Notes: generated by a model not told the origin, from the letters alone. Numbered from the stretch's first letter, positions 1 to 9,575 are shown. The stretch is 29,834 nucleotides of DNA from Deltaproteobacteria bacterium (GCA_015491585.1 WFVQ01000041.1:1-29834), one strand, 5' to 3'. Numbers and translations: made by a program.

Positions 1-2
1 CC

Positions 3-812
3 TTTGTATCTGTGGACTGTTCCACCCTGGTCCCCTCCCTCTTCGAGAGCGAGCTCTTTGGTCACACTAAGGGGGCGTTCACCGGTGCCACATCCGACAA
101 GATCGGCAAGTTCGAGCTGGCCAACGGGGGAACCCTATTCCTGGACGAGATCGCCAACATAAACCTGGAACTGCAGGCCAAGCTGCTGAAGGCAGTGGAG
201 GAGAAGGAGATCTCCAGGGTGGGCAGCAGCCGCATCACCCACGTGGACGTGCGGATCATAGCTGCGACCAATCAGGATCTTAGGAGGGCGGTCAGGCGCG
301 GCGAGTTCCGGGAAGACCTCTTCTTCCGCCTCAACGTTGTGGCGCTTGAGACCCCGCCCCTGCGGGAGAGGAGGGAGGACATCCCCCTGTTGGTGAGGCA
401 CTTCCTCGGCAGGTTCGGGGAGAAGTACCGGCGCCACGGGATACGGCTCTCCGACAGTGCTATGGCCATGCTAAACATGTACTCCTGGCCTGGAAACGTC
501 AGGGAGCTGGAAAACACGGTGGAACGCCTTGTGATCTTCGCCAGGGACGATGTCATAGACGTACAGGATGTAAAGTTGGCCGGCCTGCCCTTCATGGAGC
601 AGGAGCGCCAGCATGGGGAGGATGAAAAGGGGGGCCAGGGCGCCGGTGAGCCCGATGTCCCGCTGCCTCCCCTTGAGGAGATACAGAAGGAGTACATACT
701 CAAGGTGCTCGATGCCACCGGCGGCAACCGCTCCGAGGCGGCCTCCATCCTGGGCATAGACCGGAAGACCCTGAGACAGAAGCTCAAGAAATGGGGATAT
801 GAGCAGGGTTGA
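3..812 (+). CDS. Sigma-54-dependent transcriptional activator (NtrC/Fis family), C-terminal part; 5' end lies outside the window
   Basis: The frame is open from the window edge (FVSVDC...). It shows [15 protein letters not shown] (GAFTGA loop), GGTLFLDEI (Walker B), [21 protein letters not shown] and a C-terminal Fis-type HTH ([22 protein letters not shown]). Confidence 0.95.
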   Translation, partial: FVSVDCSTLVPSLFESELFGHTKGAFTGATSDKIGKFELANGGTLFLDEIANINLELQAKLLKAVEEKEISRVGSSRITHVDVRIIAATNQDLRRAVRRGEFREDLFFRLNVVALETPPLRERREDIPLLVRHFLGRFGEKYRRHGIRLSDSAMAMLNMYSWPGNVRELENTVERLVIFARDDVIDVQDVKLAGLPFMEQERQHGEDEKGGQGAGEPDVPLPPLEEIQKEYILKVLDATGGNRSEAASILGIDRKTLRQKLKKWGYEQG

Positions 813-1653
813 CGTCATAATCGTCAACTACCTGGCCTGCGACTGCCTCGAGAGGTGCCTGGAGGGGCTTTATCTCATCGAGGGGCCGTCATTGGGACAG
901 GTGGTGGTGGTGGATAACAGCCCGAAACCGCCTCCCGCCGCCCTTAGGGAGCGTTTCCCTTGGGTGAGGTGGCTGATACAGGATAAGAACCTGGGGTTCG
1001 CCCGGGGGGTCAATGCCGCCCTCGATGTGATGGATGCCCGTTTCGTATGCCTATTAAATCCGGACAGCAGGGTGGACGCTCCATTTCTCGCCAGGACAGC
1101 GGAGTGGATGGAGCGCCATGAGGACGTGGCTGCATTGGCTCCTTTAGTCGTCGATCCTGACGGGCGGGAGCAAGGTGCGGCGAGGCGCTTCCCCTCCCTG
1201 AGCACAGCGTTCTTCGGGCGTTCCTCTCTTCTCTCCAGGTGGTTACCGGACAACCGTTTCACCCGTTCCAATGTCATACGGGGCACAGCAGGCCCTGTGG
1301 AGGTGGACTGGGTCTCAGGGGCGTGCATGGTGGTGAGGATGGAAGCAGTGCGGCAGGTGGGCGGGCTGGATACCCGCTTCTTCATTTACTGGGAGGACTG
1401 CGACTGGTGCACCAGGTTCAGGCGGGCTGGGTGGAAGGTGGTTTACCACCCTGGCCTGGGTCCGGTGATCCACGAGGGCGGGAGGTCGAGCTCCAGGAAG
1501 CCGCTCTTTTCCCTATACCATTTCCACCGCAGCGCCGTGCTCCTCTATGCCAAGTATGACCGTTCGCCGTTTCGGGTGGGGTCTCTCCTTGCGACCCTTG
1601 GAGCAGGTTTCAGAATGATATTGTTGAGTGCCTTGTCGTGGCGGGGGCGTTAG
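799..1653 (+). CDS. Family 2 glycosyltransferase (WbbL/rhamnosyltransferase-like)
   Basis: N-terminal [28 protein letters not shown] (DxD-like), [26 protein letters not shown]. The start overlaps the activator stop by 14 bp. Confidence 0.9.
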   Translation: MSRVDVIIVNYLACDCLERCLEGLYLIEGPSLGQVVVVDNSPKPPPAALRERFPWVRWLIQDKNLGFARGVNAALDVMDARFVCLLNPDSRVDAPFLARTAEWMERHEDVAALAPLVVDPDGREQGAARRFPSLSTAFFGRSSLLSRWLPDNRFTRSNVIRGTAGPVEVDWVSGACMVVRMEAVRQVGGLDTRFFIYWEDCDWCTRFRRAGWKVVYHPGLGPVIHEGGRSSSRKPLFSLYHFHRSAVLLYAKYDRSPFRVGSLLATLGAGFRMILLSALSWRGR

Positions 1654-1771
1654 GGATCCGCATCGGCTTGGACGTTTGAAAGGAGATAGGGAAGGTCGGT
1701 TGTGGGCAACACGAAGGGAGTTTAAGTATGCCACCTCTCTTCCTGGTGAGAAGCAGGCCTGCTCAATAATA

Positions 1772-1805
1772 AAGACGGGCGGAGGCTTAAGCCCGCGCCC
1801 GTCTT
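1772..1805 (-). terminator. Rho-independent terminator-like hairpin downstream of the pilin gene
   Basis: AAGACGGGCG (1772-1781) and CGCCCGTCTT (1796-1805) are a perfect 10-bp inverted repeat around an inner palindrome GGCTTAAGCC. On the minus strand it is followed by U-rich TATTATT. Confidence 0.7.
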
Positions 1806-1863
1806 GGAGTGGTTATAGTTTTTTTGTAGTAGGCCAGTCAGGTTGAATCAGCCACAAAATAGA

Positions 1864-2280
1864 TCAATTTGTGCAATAAATAGTAGCGTTGGCTGTGTGG
1901 GTATATGCGGAGTCGGTTGATTTTATGCCGCAATGTCCCGCGCTGACAGAGGTACAATCAATGTTTGCAGGAGTATTCGCCACATCATAACCATCGGGAA
2001 TCTGGCCATCCGCAAGGAATTGAGCCAAGTTGGCTGCACTACAAGCGAAAGTTCCATTCACGGCTACAGCACCTGCCTTGTTGAGCTGCTTTGCCGCAAG
2101 GTTCATTTTCGAACCGGCTGTTATCTCTGCAGCGATACCATCAATCGTAGCATTGAGAGCCTCCTCTTTCAGATCGACGTACTTCGACGTGGCCGCCACC
2201 GCCAGGATACCCAAGATAACGATGACCATGATGAGCTCGATCAATGTGAAACCTGCCTGCCCCTTCGCAACTTTCTTCAT
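1864..2280 (-). CDS. Type IV (class III signal peptide) major pilin, MshA-like, 138 aa
   Basis: MKKVAKGQAG|FTLIELIMVIVILGILAVAA gives a prepilin cleavage site with G-1/F+1/E+5. There are four Cys in the C-terminal domain. AGGAGG lies just upstream of the ATG at 2280, so I prefer it to the ORF-track start at 2319. Confidence 0.92.
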   Translation of the reverse strand: MKKVAKGQAGFTLIELIMVIVILGILAVAATSKYVDLKEEALNATIDGIAAEITAGSKMNLAAKQLNKAGAVAVNGTFACSAANLAQFLADGQIPDGYDVANTPANIDCTSVSAGHCGIKSTDSAYTHTANATIYCTN

Positions 2281-2302
2281 TATGGAACCTCCTGTAGAAA
2301 GA

Positions 2303-2593
2303 TTAACTTTCGTTTTCATTGAGTTTTCTTCTCAATACCCCTGACGGATGGAATGTGACCACTCTCCTGGGTTCCAGTATGAGGTCCTCACCCGTATGAG
2401 GATTGCGCCCGCGTCTAGCGCGTTTGTCTTTGATGGCGAACTTCCCAAATCCGCTTATGAGAACATTCTCACCCGCCTCAAGACGGGACTTAATAATCTC
2501 CAACAGCGTCTCTACCGCCCTTACCGATTCAGGACGTGAAAGAGTGGTGCGGTGCTGGACCCTTTCTACGAGATCTGCCTTTGTCAGCGTCAT
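2303..2593 (-). CDS. ihfA: Integration host factor subunit alpha (HU/IHF family)
   Basis: MTLTKADLVE...VLISGFGKF...RRGRNPHTGE...RRVVTFHPS is the HU/IHF signature, with IHF-alpha-like residues. Confidence 0.88.
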   Translation of the reverse strand: MTLTKADLVERVQHRTTLSRPESVRAVETLLEIIKSRLEAGENVLISGFGKFAIKDKRARRGRNPHTGEDLILEPRRVVTFHPSGVLRRKLNENES

Positions 2594-2623
2594 AGTATCA
2601 CTTCCTCGCTCGCAAGTTAGTTA

Positions 2624-2652
2624 AAAATAGTATTGGTTTGCCACATTTTCAA
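2624..2652 (-). promoter_or_regulatory. Putative sigma-70 promoter for ihfA-pilin
   Basis: Minus strand reads TTGAAA (2652-2647), 17 nt, TATTTT (2629-2624), about 30 nt upstream of the ihfA ATG. Confidence 0.5.
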
Positions 2653-2684
2653 GGGAAAATAGCGGCACTCGAAGCCATTGCTTC

Positions 2685-3380
2685 CTAAAGTCCGCCTTCT
2701 CTCCCCAGGCTCTCCAATATCTCTCGGGCGACATCCACGCCGATCTGGCCCGCGGCCGTAGTTTCGTTTTCAGACAGAGAGACATAGGTGAACGGGGCGC
2801 CCAGAGCCAGACAGGCGATCCTGCTCATAGTCCCCGTTGATCCCATAGCAAAGGCTATCATTTCAAACGGCAGCACCGGCGCATGGCAATAAGCACCGAG
2901 GATGGCCCGCGCATCGAGTTCTGTATGGGCAGTGGTGACGATCTTGGCTATGTTGGGGCCTACCAAGGCCATGCGTTTGAGCAGTTCCTTCAACTCGCCT
3001 GTTCCAGGCGTGGCCTCGAAGTCGTGGTGTGACACAATGAGACGGCACCCGAAGGAAGAGCAACACTCTAAGATGGGTGTCTTCCTGGCCTCTATCGTGG
3101 CAAGCTCTATGTCCACGAAGTCCGCCCCTGCCTCCACCGCCTGCTTGAGGAGCGAGATCCTCTCCTCCTCGCTGCCGTCGAACTCCCCTCCCTCCCACTT
3201 GGGGCGGTTGGTGGCTATTACCGGCAAGGGGCACGAGGAGATAGCCTTCAATGCAGCGTCCCGGCCTCCAGGAGCCAGCATGTCGAGCCGCACCTCTACC
3301 AAGTCGGCCCTGCCCTCTGCCCTGGCCATCTTGCCTGCCAGTGTCTCCGCGTCCTTTGCCCCTATGCTGACGCAAAGCAT
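2685..3380 (-). CDS. aroD: Type I 3-dehydroquinate dehydratase
   Basis: ADLVEVRLD, IATNRPKWEGGEF, DFVDIEL, LIVSHHDFEATP, IAKIVT, AFAMGSTGTMSRI, APFTY. Confidence 0.93.
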   Translation of the reverse strand: MLCVSIGAKDAETLAGKMARAEGRADLVEVRLDMLAPGGRDAALKAISSCPLPVIATNRPKWEGGEFDGSEEERISLLKQAVEAGADFVDIELATIEARKTPILECCSSFGCRLIVSHHDFEATPGTGELKELLKRMALVGPNIAKIVTTAHTELDARAILGAYCHAPVLPFEMIAFAMGSTGTMSRIACLALGAPFTYVSLSENETTAAGQIGVDVAREILESLGREGGL

Positions 3381-3383
3381 GGG

Positions 3384-3980
3384 TTAGATCTCTACGGATT
3401 CGAGATAGGTGGTAATGGCTCCGTCATACCGGCTGGTGGTGGCGAAGACCTTGCGTGCCAGTTCGAATCTGGTCTTGAGCGTGGTCGTTCCGTTGTTCTC
3501 CTTCATCTCTAAGAGCACTTTGGAGTAATCGGCCGGGTCCACCACCACCGTCACGTACTTGAAGTTCTTGGCCGAGGAGCGGAGGAGGGTGGGCCCGCCT
3601 ATGTCTATGTTCTCTATAGCCTCTTCCAGGGTCACGCCCTCTTTGGCCACGGTCTTCTCAAAGGCGTAGAGATTGACCACTACCATATCTATAGGGACGA
3701 TGCCGTTCTCTTCCATTTGCCGGCGGTGTTCCTCGTTGTCGCGTATGGCCAATATGCCGCCGTGGACCTTGGGATGGAGCGTCTTCACCCTGCCGTCCAT
3801 CATCTCTGGAAAGCCGGTCAGGTCCGATACGTCACGCACTTCCACCCCGGACTCCCTGATGACCCTGGCAGTGCCGCCGGTGGAGATGATCTCCACGCCC
3901 ATTCCAGCCAGCTCCTTGGCGAACTCCGCGACCCCCGTCTTGTCGGTGACGCTGATGATGGCCCGTTCTATCTTGGACAT
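3384..3980 (-). CDS. purH: IMP cyclohydrolase (PurH N-terminal MGS-like domain only, 198 aa)
   Basis: [67 protein letters not shown]. It ends before the AICAR transformylase domain. Confidence 0.92.
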   Translation of the reverse strand: MSKIERAIISVTDKTGVAEFAKELAGMGVEIISTGGTARVIRESGVEVRDVSDLTGFPEMMDGRVKTLHPKVHGGILAIRDNEEHRRQMEENGIVPIDMVVVNLYAFEKTVAKEGVTLEEAIENIDIGGPTLLRSSAKNFKYVTVVVDPADYSKVLLEMKENNGTTTLKTRFELARKVFATTSRYDGAITTYLESVEI

Positions 3981-4045
3981 TTCAAACCCTCCCTTTTCGC
4001 ATGAGACAGTTCACTATGATGCAACACCCCTTCTTGGGTGTCAAC

Positions 4046-5170
4046 CTACTGGTCCACATCGTCGAGGTGGGCGGGATCCATGATTTCTGTCCTGACCCTG
4101 CGCCTGCGATCATGGGGAAAGGCCAGTTCCACGGTGGTCCCCTTGCCCAGCTGGGACTTGATCTCCAGCCTGATTCCTTGCTCCTGGCATATCCTCTGGG
4201 CGAACGTCAGGCCCATGCCCACGTGGCCTGTCTTGGTGGAGAAGAAGGGGTCGAAGACATGAGGGAGAATGTGCTTCCCGATACCGCATCCGTTGTCGCT
4301 CACGACGATGCGGCAGCTCTCCGGCCAGTTCTCCCCAGGGGCCACCGACGCCCTCACCTCTGCCAAGCGGTCGATGCCATCGAAGGCCTCGCAGGCATTC
4401 TCGAATATGGCGAGTATGGCCCGCGAGATCAGCTTGGTGTCCAGGAGGATTCCGGTCCGCTCCAGGGACGTGTCGCCTTCGAGCAGGAAGCTGACGCCGT
4501 ATTCCCTGGCCTTGGCCCTGAGCATGGGCGCGACTTCGTTTAGAATATGTTCGAGAGAGACACGTCTCATGGCCGGCTTGGGAAGGTGGATGAATTCCTG
4601 GAGGGTGTTCAGGAGCCGTTCCAGGTGGCCACACTCCGCCAAGATCACCTCTATGTATTTGGAGGGCGTGGCCTGGGAGCTGGCTAATCTCCTGGCGAAT
4701 CCGCCTATGGAGAGGATGGGGTTCCTGATTTGATGGCTGATGTCGTCCAGCATGTTCCCTAAAAAGGCCATCCGCTCGGACTCCCTAAGGGTGCGCTCCA
4801 GGGACTTGAGCCGGGATATGTCGTGGATGGAGATGATGGCTTCCGCCTCGCCTGGAGCCGCCCCTGGTATCTTCGATGTGGTGAGCAAGGCGATGAACGA
4901 GGTCATGTCCAGCCTGTTCAGCATCACTTCTCCCTCGAATTCTCCGCGTTTCATCGTGAGGGAGACGATGTTCGCAAACAGGATGGACCGGTCCTCAGGC
5001 ATGAACAATGAGCTCAACCCAAGACCGCATAAGGCCGCCTGGTCCGCTTTGAACATTTCCTCGGCCTTGCGGTTGGCGTGGAGGATGGTGAACTCCCTGT
5101 CCACGAGGATGACCCCGCAGTTTATCAGGTCGAAGAGCTGTTGGAGAAGTGGGTTGCGATGGTGCTCCAT
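4046..5170 (-). CDS. PAS-domain sensor histidine kinase (cytoplasmic)
   Basis: N-terminal PAS (GVILVDREFTILHANRKAEEMF), H-box (ISHQIRNPILSIGGF), N-box (IFENACEA), G1 (DNGCGI), F-box (FDPFFSTK), G2 (GMGL). No TM segment is visible. Confidence 0.92.
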   Translation of the reverse strand: MEHHRNPLLQQLFDLINCGVILVDREFTILHANRKAEEMFKADQAALCGLGLSSLFMPEDRSILFANIVSLTMKRGEFEGEVMLNRLDMTSFIALLTTSKIPGAAPGEAEAIISIHDISRLKSLERTLRESERMAFLGNMLDDISHQIRNPILSIGGFARRLASSQATPSKYIEVILAECGHLERLLNTLQEFIHLPKPAMRRVSLEHILNEVAPMLRAKAREYGVSFLLEGDTSLERTGILLDTKLISRAILAIFENACEAFDGIDRLAEVRASVAPGENWPESCRIVVSDNGCGIGKHILPHVFDPFFSTKTGHVGMGLTFAQRICQEQGIRLEIKSQLGKGTTVELAFPHDRRRRVRTEIMDPAHLDDVDQ

Positions 5171-5177
5171 ATTTTGT

Positions 5178-7166
5178 TTAGCTGCGGATCATCTCCACAT
5201 GGCGCTCCTTAGACGCCACCCGCCATCCCGAGGGAACCAGTATGGTGGTGTACTCGTCTGTAACGACGCACGGGCCAGGAGTGGATGCCGTAGTGAGGCG
5301 TGACCTGGGCAGAATCAGGGCTTCCACCGCACCTTCCCTGAACACGACCTTGGCCCGCTCCGGCCCGCTTATATTTACTTGGGCAGGAGCCGGGGCACTA
5401 CCTTCCTCTCTCTCCCACCTTTCGACCTCTATCCTGGCCCTGACGGTAGTGACCTCTATCCTTGCCGAGGGCAGATGGTAACCGTATAAGCGGCTATGTT
5501 CCTGGGCGAATCTTTCGGGCCAGTCCTCATCAAACGGGACGGTTATCTCGAAGGATTGTCCCTTGTATCTTGCATCGAGGGCAAGCTGGACGTTATAGGT
5601 GCTGCCGCCGTAGCCGCATTGCTCCAGGTCTCTTCGCAGTGCCTGGACGAGGGTGTCCACCTCCCTGGCCAGCCTGTTTCGCTCACCTATACCGTCTTTA
5701 ACCATTATAGAGCGCGACGTGTCGAATGAAAGGCTGGAGCCGGCCATCCCCTGTGCTGAAAAGACTCCTGCCATCGCAGGGATCAGGATGCGTTTCATGC
5801 CCAGGGCCTCGGCCAGTTCTGCCGCGTGGAGGCCTGCCGCTCCGCCGAAGCAGACTAGCGTGAACTCCCTGGGATCGTAGCCCCGCTCCAGGGAGACGTG
5901 CCTGATGGCCCTGGCCATGTTTGCGTTGACCAATTCTATTATTCCCAGTGCGGTCTCCAATGGTGAAAGCCCTGCCTGCCGGGCGAGCGCGGCCATTGCG
6001 GTCTCCACGGCATGGCTATGCAGCCGCATCCTGCCTCCCAGAAAGCTGGATTCCCTCAGCCTTCCGAGGAACAGATTGGCGTCGGTGACCGTGATCTGGT
6101 GCCCCTTGCCGTAGCATACCGGACCCGGATCCGCTCCAGCGCTTTCCGGGCCCACCTGGAGGAAACCGCCGCGGTCGAGCCATGCGATGGAGCCTCCTCC
6201 TGCTCCGACGGTGTGTATGTCGAGCATGGGCACGGCCACAGGAAAGCCCTCGATCTCATACTCTCTGGTATAGGTGAGGCCCCCTGGGCAGATGGAGACG
6301 TCGGTGGAGGTCCCTCCCATGTCCAGGGTGACAATCTTGTCTATGCCCAGGGCCCCGGCGAGTCTCCATGCCGCCTCTACCCCGCCGGCAGGCCCTGACA
6401 GCAGGGTGTGGACCGCCTTCTGTCCTACCTGCGCCGCGGGGAGGGCGCCGCCGTTGGAGAGCTGTATAAATATCCTGGCCCCTGGAAGCCGCCCTTCCAA
6501 CCTCTGGATGTATCGGCCCACTACTGGATTCAGGTAGGCGTTTATGAGCGTGGTGGAAAAGCGTTCGAACTCCCTGAATTCAGGTATCACTTCGTGAGAG
6601 GCACAGGCGGGTATGCCAGTGGATTCCAGGGCCTGTTTGAGGAGGCGTTCGTGGAGCGGGTTGGCATAGGAGTGGAGGAGACAGACCGCAACGCTTTCGG
6701 CGCCGCGTGCCCTGCAGAAGCGGACCGCCCGCTCCACCTCTGGTTGCGCCAGGGGCCGGAGCACGTCGCCGCGCCAGTCCACTCGCTCGGCCACGCCGGT
6801 CACGCTCCTTCTGGCAATTATCTCAGGGGGCCTGGTCACATCGAGGTCATACAGGCTGGGACGCGCCTGCCTGCCTATCCAGAGGATGTCCTCGAACCCC
6901 TTGGTGGTGACGAGTGCCGTCCTGGCACCCTTGCGTTCGAGGAAGGCATTGGTGCCGACAGTGGTGCCGTGGACCACTTCCAGCGCGGCCTCTTCCCCTA
7001 CGAGCCGGGCTATGCCCTCGAGGATGGCCCTTGACGGATCGTCTGGAGTGGAGAGTGTCTTCCACCGCATCCACTCCCCGCCGGGCGCCAGGCATGCGAA
7101 GTCAGTGAAGGTGCCGCCGGTGTCGATGCCCAGCCTGAACAGGCCTTTCGTCCATTTGCGGTTCAT
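5178..7166 (-). CDS. Hydantoinase/5-oxoprolinase family protein, A (ATP-binding) subunit
   Basis: LGIDTGGTFTD, HGTTVGTNA, TLLSGPAGG, DMGGTSTDV, IHTVGAGGGSIA, GPESAGADPGPVCYG, FGGAAGLHA. Confidence 0.93.
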   Translation of the reverse strand: MNRKWTKGLFRLGIDTGGTFTDFACLAPGGEWMRWKTLSTPDDPSRAILEGIARLVGEEAALEVVHGTTVGTNAFLERKGARTALVTTKGFEDILWIGRQARPSLYDLDVTRPPEIIARRSVTGVAERVDWRGDVLRPLAQPEVERAVRFCRARGAESVAVCLLHSYANPLHERLLKQALESTGIPACASHEVIPEFREFERFSTTLINAYLNPVVGRYIQRLEGRLPGARIFIQLSNGGALPAAQVGQKAVHTLLSGPAGGVEAAWRLAGALGIDKIVTLDMGGTSTDVSICPGGLTYTREYEIEGFPVAVPMLDIHTVGAGGGSIAWLDRGGFLQVGPESAGADPGPVCYGKGHQITVTDANLFLGRLRESSFLGGRMRLHSHAVETAMAALARQAGLSPLETALGIIELVNANMARAIRHVSLERGYDPREFTLVCFGGAAGLHAAELAEALGMKRILIPAMAGVFSAQGMAGSSLSFDTSRSIMVKDGIGERNRLAREVDTLVQALRRDLEQCGYGGSTYNVQLALDARYKGQSFEITVPFDEDWPERFAQEHSRLYGYHLPSARIEVTTVRARIEVERWEREEGSAPAPAQVNISGPERAKVVFREGAVEALILPRSRLTTASTPGPCVVTDEYTTILVPSGWRVASKERHVEMIRS

Positions 7167-7663
7167 TCCCTGTTAAGCCTCATCCTCTCGATGGAAAAGG
7201 GTTTCGTCTCTATGAGGGCCCAACCAGGACTCTCCTTCTTGCCCAGGATCTCCCCGGGATTGAGCAATATGGTGTCCTTGAGGTGTTCCTCGCTCCACCG
7301 GTGGGTGTGTCCATAGCAGACCAGACGGTAGCTGCCGGTCTGGGCCAGGGACCAGGCGAGATGGGGATCGTGTATCCAGGCGATCTTTATCCCATCGATA
7401 GTTATCTCGCCGGTCACACCGTAATGGATGAACTTGCCGCCGCTTGCCAGGCAGGCCCTGGTAACCAGGCCGCGGTCGCCGGGGTTGTTGCCCCACACCA
7501 GGTGGACCGTTGCCTCCAGAGGGGCGAACTCCTCCAGCATGAACGCCGAGACCAGGTCCCCGCAATGGATTACATGCCGGATGTCCAGGCTCTTGGCCTG
7601 ATCGACGAACTTTTTGAGGTTCCATACGTGATCGTGGGTGTCGCTAATGACCGCTATCTTCAT
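7163..7663 (-). CDS. YfcE-family metallophosphoesterase
   Basis: MKIAVISDTHD, IHCGD, GNN, HD, YGHTH, LLNPGE calcineurin-like motifs. ATGA overlap with the next gene. Confidence 0.9.
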   Translation of the reverse strand: MKIAVISDTHDHVWNLKKFVDQAKSLDIRHVIHCGDLVSAFMLEEFAPLEATVHLVWGNNPGDRGLVTRACLASGGKFIHYGVTGEITIDGIKIAWIHDPHLAWSLAQTGSYRLVCYGHTHRWSEEHLKDTILLNPGEILGKKESPGWALIETKPFSIERMRLNRE

Positions 7664-8111
7664 TCAACGAGCCCTCTATCTTCAGCAAGATCTCCTTGAT
7701 CCACGTCCCGCATGAGTAGCCGCCCAGCCCCTTTGATGCAACCACTCTGTGGCACGGCACTACTATGGGTAGAGGATTCGCCTTGAGCGCCTGGCCCACG
7801 GCCTGCGGAGAGCCGCATTTCAACGCCCTGGCCAACTCCCCGTAGGTGACTACCCGCCCCCGGGGTACTGCGGAGACAGCACTCCACACCTTCTTTTGGA
7901 ACGGGGTCCCCTCGGCCCTCACGGAAACGGAGAGTGCCGTCCTTTCGCCCATGATTATCTCCAGGAGCTCCCGGCCCGTAGGGGAAAGCCTCTGCTCGGA
8001 GCCAGGAGCCGCGGCGCCCAGGCATATGCCGGTGAGGACGCCGGCATTCCACCTCTCTTCTATGCGCAGGAGCCAGGAACCTATCGAGATCACGCTCTCT
8101 TCAGTGTTCAT
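7644..8111 (-). CDS. ogt: Methylated-DNA-[protein]-cysteine S-methyltransferase
   Basis: GTPFQKKVW, VPRGRVVTYGELA, AVGQALKANPLPIVVPCHRV (active-site PCHRV). The start is placed at MNTEES (8111), overlapping the thiL stop; the exact start is uncertain. Confidence 0.88.
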   Translation of the reverse strand: MNTEESVISIGSWLLRIEERWNAGVLTGICLGAAAPGSEQRLSPTGRELLEIIMGERTALSVSVRAEGTPFQKKVWSAVSAVPRGRVVTYGELARALKCGSPQAVGQALKANPLPIVVPCHRVVASKGLGGYSCGTWIKEILLKIEGSLNEDSGH

Positions 8112-9114
8112 AGCCCTGGAACGATATCTCCACTTCTCGCCCGGCATGGGAGAGGAACACACCAGAGCCCTCTGCGACCTCTCCTATGATTGCGGCCTTC
8201 CGCCCCAGGATCGAGCCGGCCAGAGCGGCGGACCTCGCAGCCATGTCCCTGGGCGCGGTCCACAGGAGTTCGAAGTCTTCGCCTCCTGAGAGTATCCACT
8301 CTAATGGCGTGCTCCCGAAGACGCGGGCAGCCACGGCCAAGGCCCTGGATACAGGCAGCCGGCCGCGGTGGAGAACGATCTTGACCCCGCTTCTCTGGGC
8401 CAGGTGTGCAAGGTCGGTGGCCGGTCCATCGGATGCGTCTATGCAGCTCGTGGCTAATCCTTCTCTGAGAAGGGCCCTGCCAAGCATAAGCCTTGGTTCC
8501 GGCCTGAGATGACGGGCCTCAAGCCTGCGCCTCACTGCCGGAGGCACCAGTCTGGCGAGGCGGGGAGTGCGTATGAGTTGGAGCCCGGCCGCCGATTCCC
8601 CTAACCATCCCGAGCAAAGCACCAAGTCCCCTGGTCTTGCCCCGTTCCTGGAGAGCCACTTTCCGCCGTCTGTGGTGCCCACCACGGTGAGCGTGACCAC
8701 CAGCGGCCCTGGAGACGAGACGGTGTCTCCGCCCGCGAGCAGGCAGCCGTAGGATTCCAGTGTGCGGGACAGTGACTCTGCGAACCGGGATATGAACTCG
8801 ATCTCAATGCGCCGGGGCACCGCAACGCTGAGGAACGCCCACCTGGGCACGGCGCCCATAGCGGCCATGTCGCTGAGGTTTACAGCCGCGGCCTTCACTC
8901 CTACGTCTGCGGCGGAGTGGCCTGTTCGAGGCCAGCCGGTTCCTGCCTGGAGTTCGAAGTGGACCCCTTCCACCAGGGTGTCCGCGGTCACCACCAGGTG
9001 CTGCCTCGGCGGCGCATCAAGGACCGCTGCATCGTCCCCTATTCCCTCTACGACAGATGGGTGGTCGGAGACGAGGGCAGCTATGCGGCCTATGAGCTCC
9101 AGTTCCCTGCCCAC
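8101..9114 (-). CDS. thiL: Thiamine-monophosphate kinase
   Basis: GIGDDAAV, DTLVEGVHF, AVNLSDMAAMGA, LAGGDT, CIDASDGPATDL, LSGGEDFELL. GTG start. Confidence 0.93.
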   Translation of the reverse strand: MGRELELIGRIAALVSDHPSVVEGIGDDAAVLDAPPRQHLVVTADTLVEGVHFELQAGTGWPRTGHSAADVGVKAAAVNLSDMAAMGAVPRWAFLSVAVPRRIEIEFISRFAESLSRTLESYGCLLAGGDTVSSPGPLVVTLTVVGTTDGGKWLSRNGARPGDLVLCSGWLGESAAGLQLIRTPRLARLVPPAVRRRLEARHLRPEPRLMLGRALLREGLATSCIDASDGPATDLAHLAQRSGVKIVLHRGRLPVSRALAVAARVFGSTPLEWILSGGEDFELLWTAPRDMAARSAALAGSILGRKAAIIGEVAEGSGVFLSHAGREVEISFQGYEH

Positions 9115-9121
9115 GCCCGGT

Positions 9122-9535
9122 TTAGCAGATCTCCAGCTCGCTGAAGAAGTATGCTATCTCGGTCTTGGCGGTCTCCGGCGCATCGGAACCGTGGACCACG
9201 TTCTTCTCGATGTCTGTAGCGAAGTCTGCCCTGATGGTGCCGGGCTTGGCCTCCTTATAGTTGGTGGCCCCCATAAGCTCGCGGTAGCGCTTGATCACGT
9301 CTTCCCCTTCGAGCACCATCACCACTATGGGGCCGGAGCTCATGAAGTCAGTTAGGCTGTCGAAAAAGGGTTTTTCCTTGTGGACTGCATAGAATCCCTG
9401 CGCGACCTCCTTGGTCATGTGGATCATCTTCATCGCCGCAATCCTTATGCCGTTTGCCTCGAGACGCTTGATTACTTCTCCTATCAGGCCTCTTTTTACG
9501 CCATCGGGTTTGATTATGGACAGTGTCCTTTCCAT
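9122..9535 (-). CDS. ndk: Nucleoside-diphosphate kinase (137 aa)
   Basis: [49 protein letters not shown] (phospho-His). GGGAGG RBS before the ATG at 9535. Confidence 0.97.
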   Translation of the reverse strand: MERTLSIIKPDGVKRGLIGEVIKRLEANGIRIAAMKMIHMTKEVAQGFYAVHKEKPFFDSLTDFMSSGPIVVMVLEGEDVIKRYRELMGATNYKEAKPGTIRADFATDIEKNVVHGSDAPETAKTEIAYFFSELEIC

Positions 9536-9575
9536 TTGCGAACCTCCCTTTGATCTTCGATGTTTTGCACCGCCC

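Noticed and set aside
1864-2280. Electrically conductive (e-)pilin
   Set aside because: The mature pilin is about 128 aa with a globular domain and few aromatics. In the N-terminal helix only F1 and Y24 are present, without the Geobacter-type 27/32/51/57 positions.
2630-2650. c-di-GMP-I riboswitch suggested by GGCAAAC upstream of ihfA-pilin (minus strand)
   Set aside because: There is no complementary GTTT stem or GNRA tetraloop/receptor, and the motif falls in a promoter spacer.
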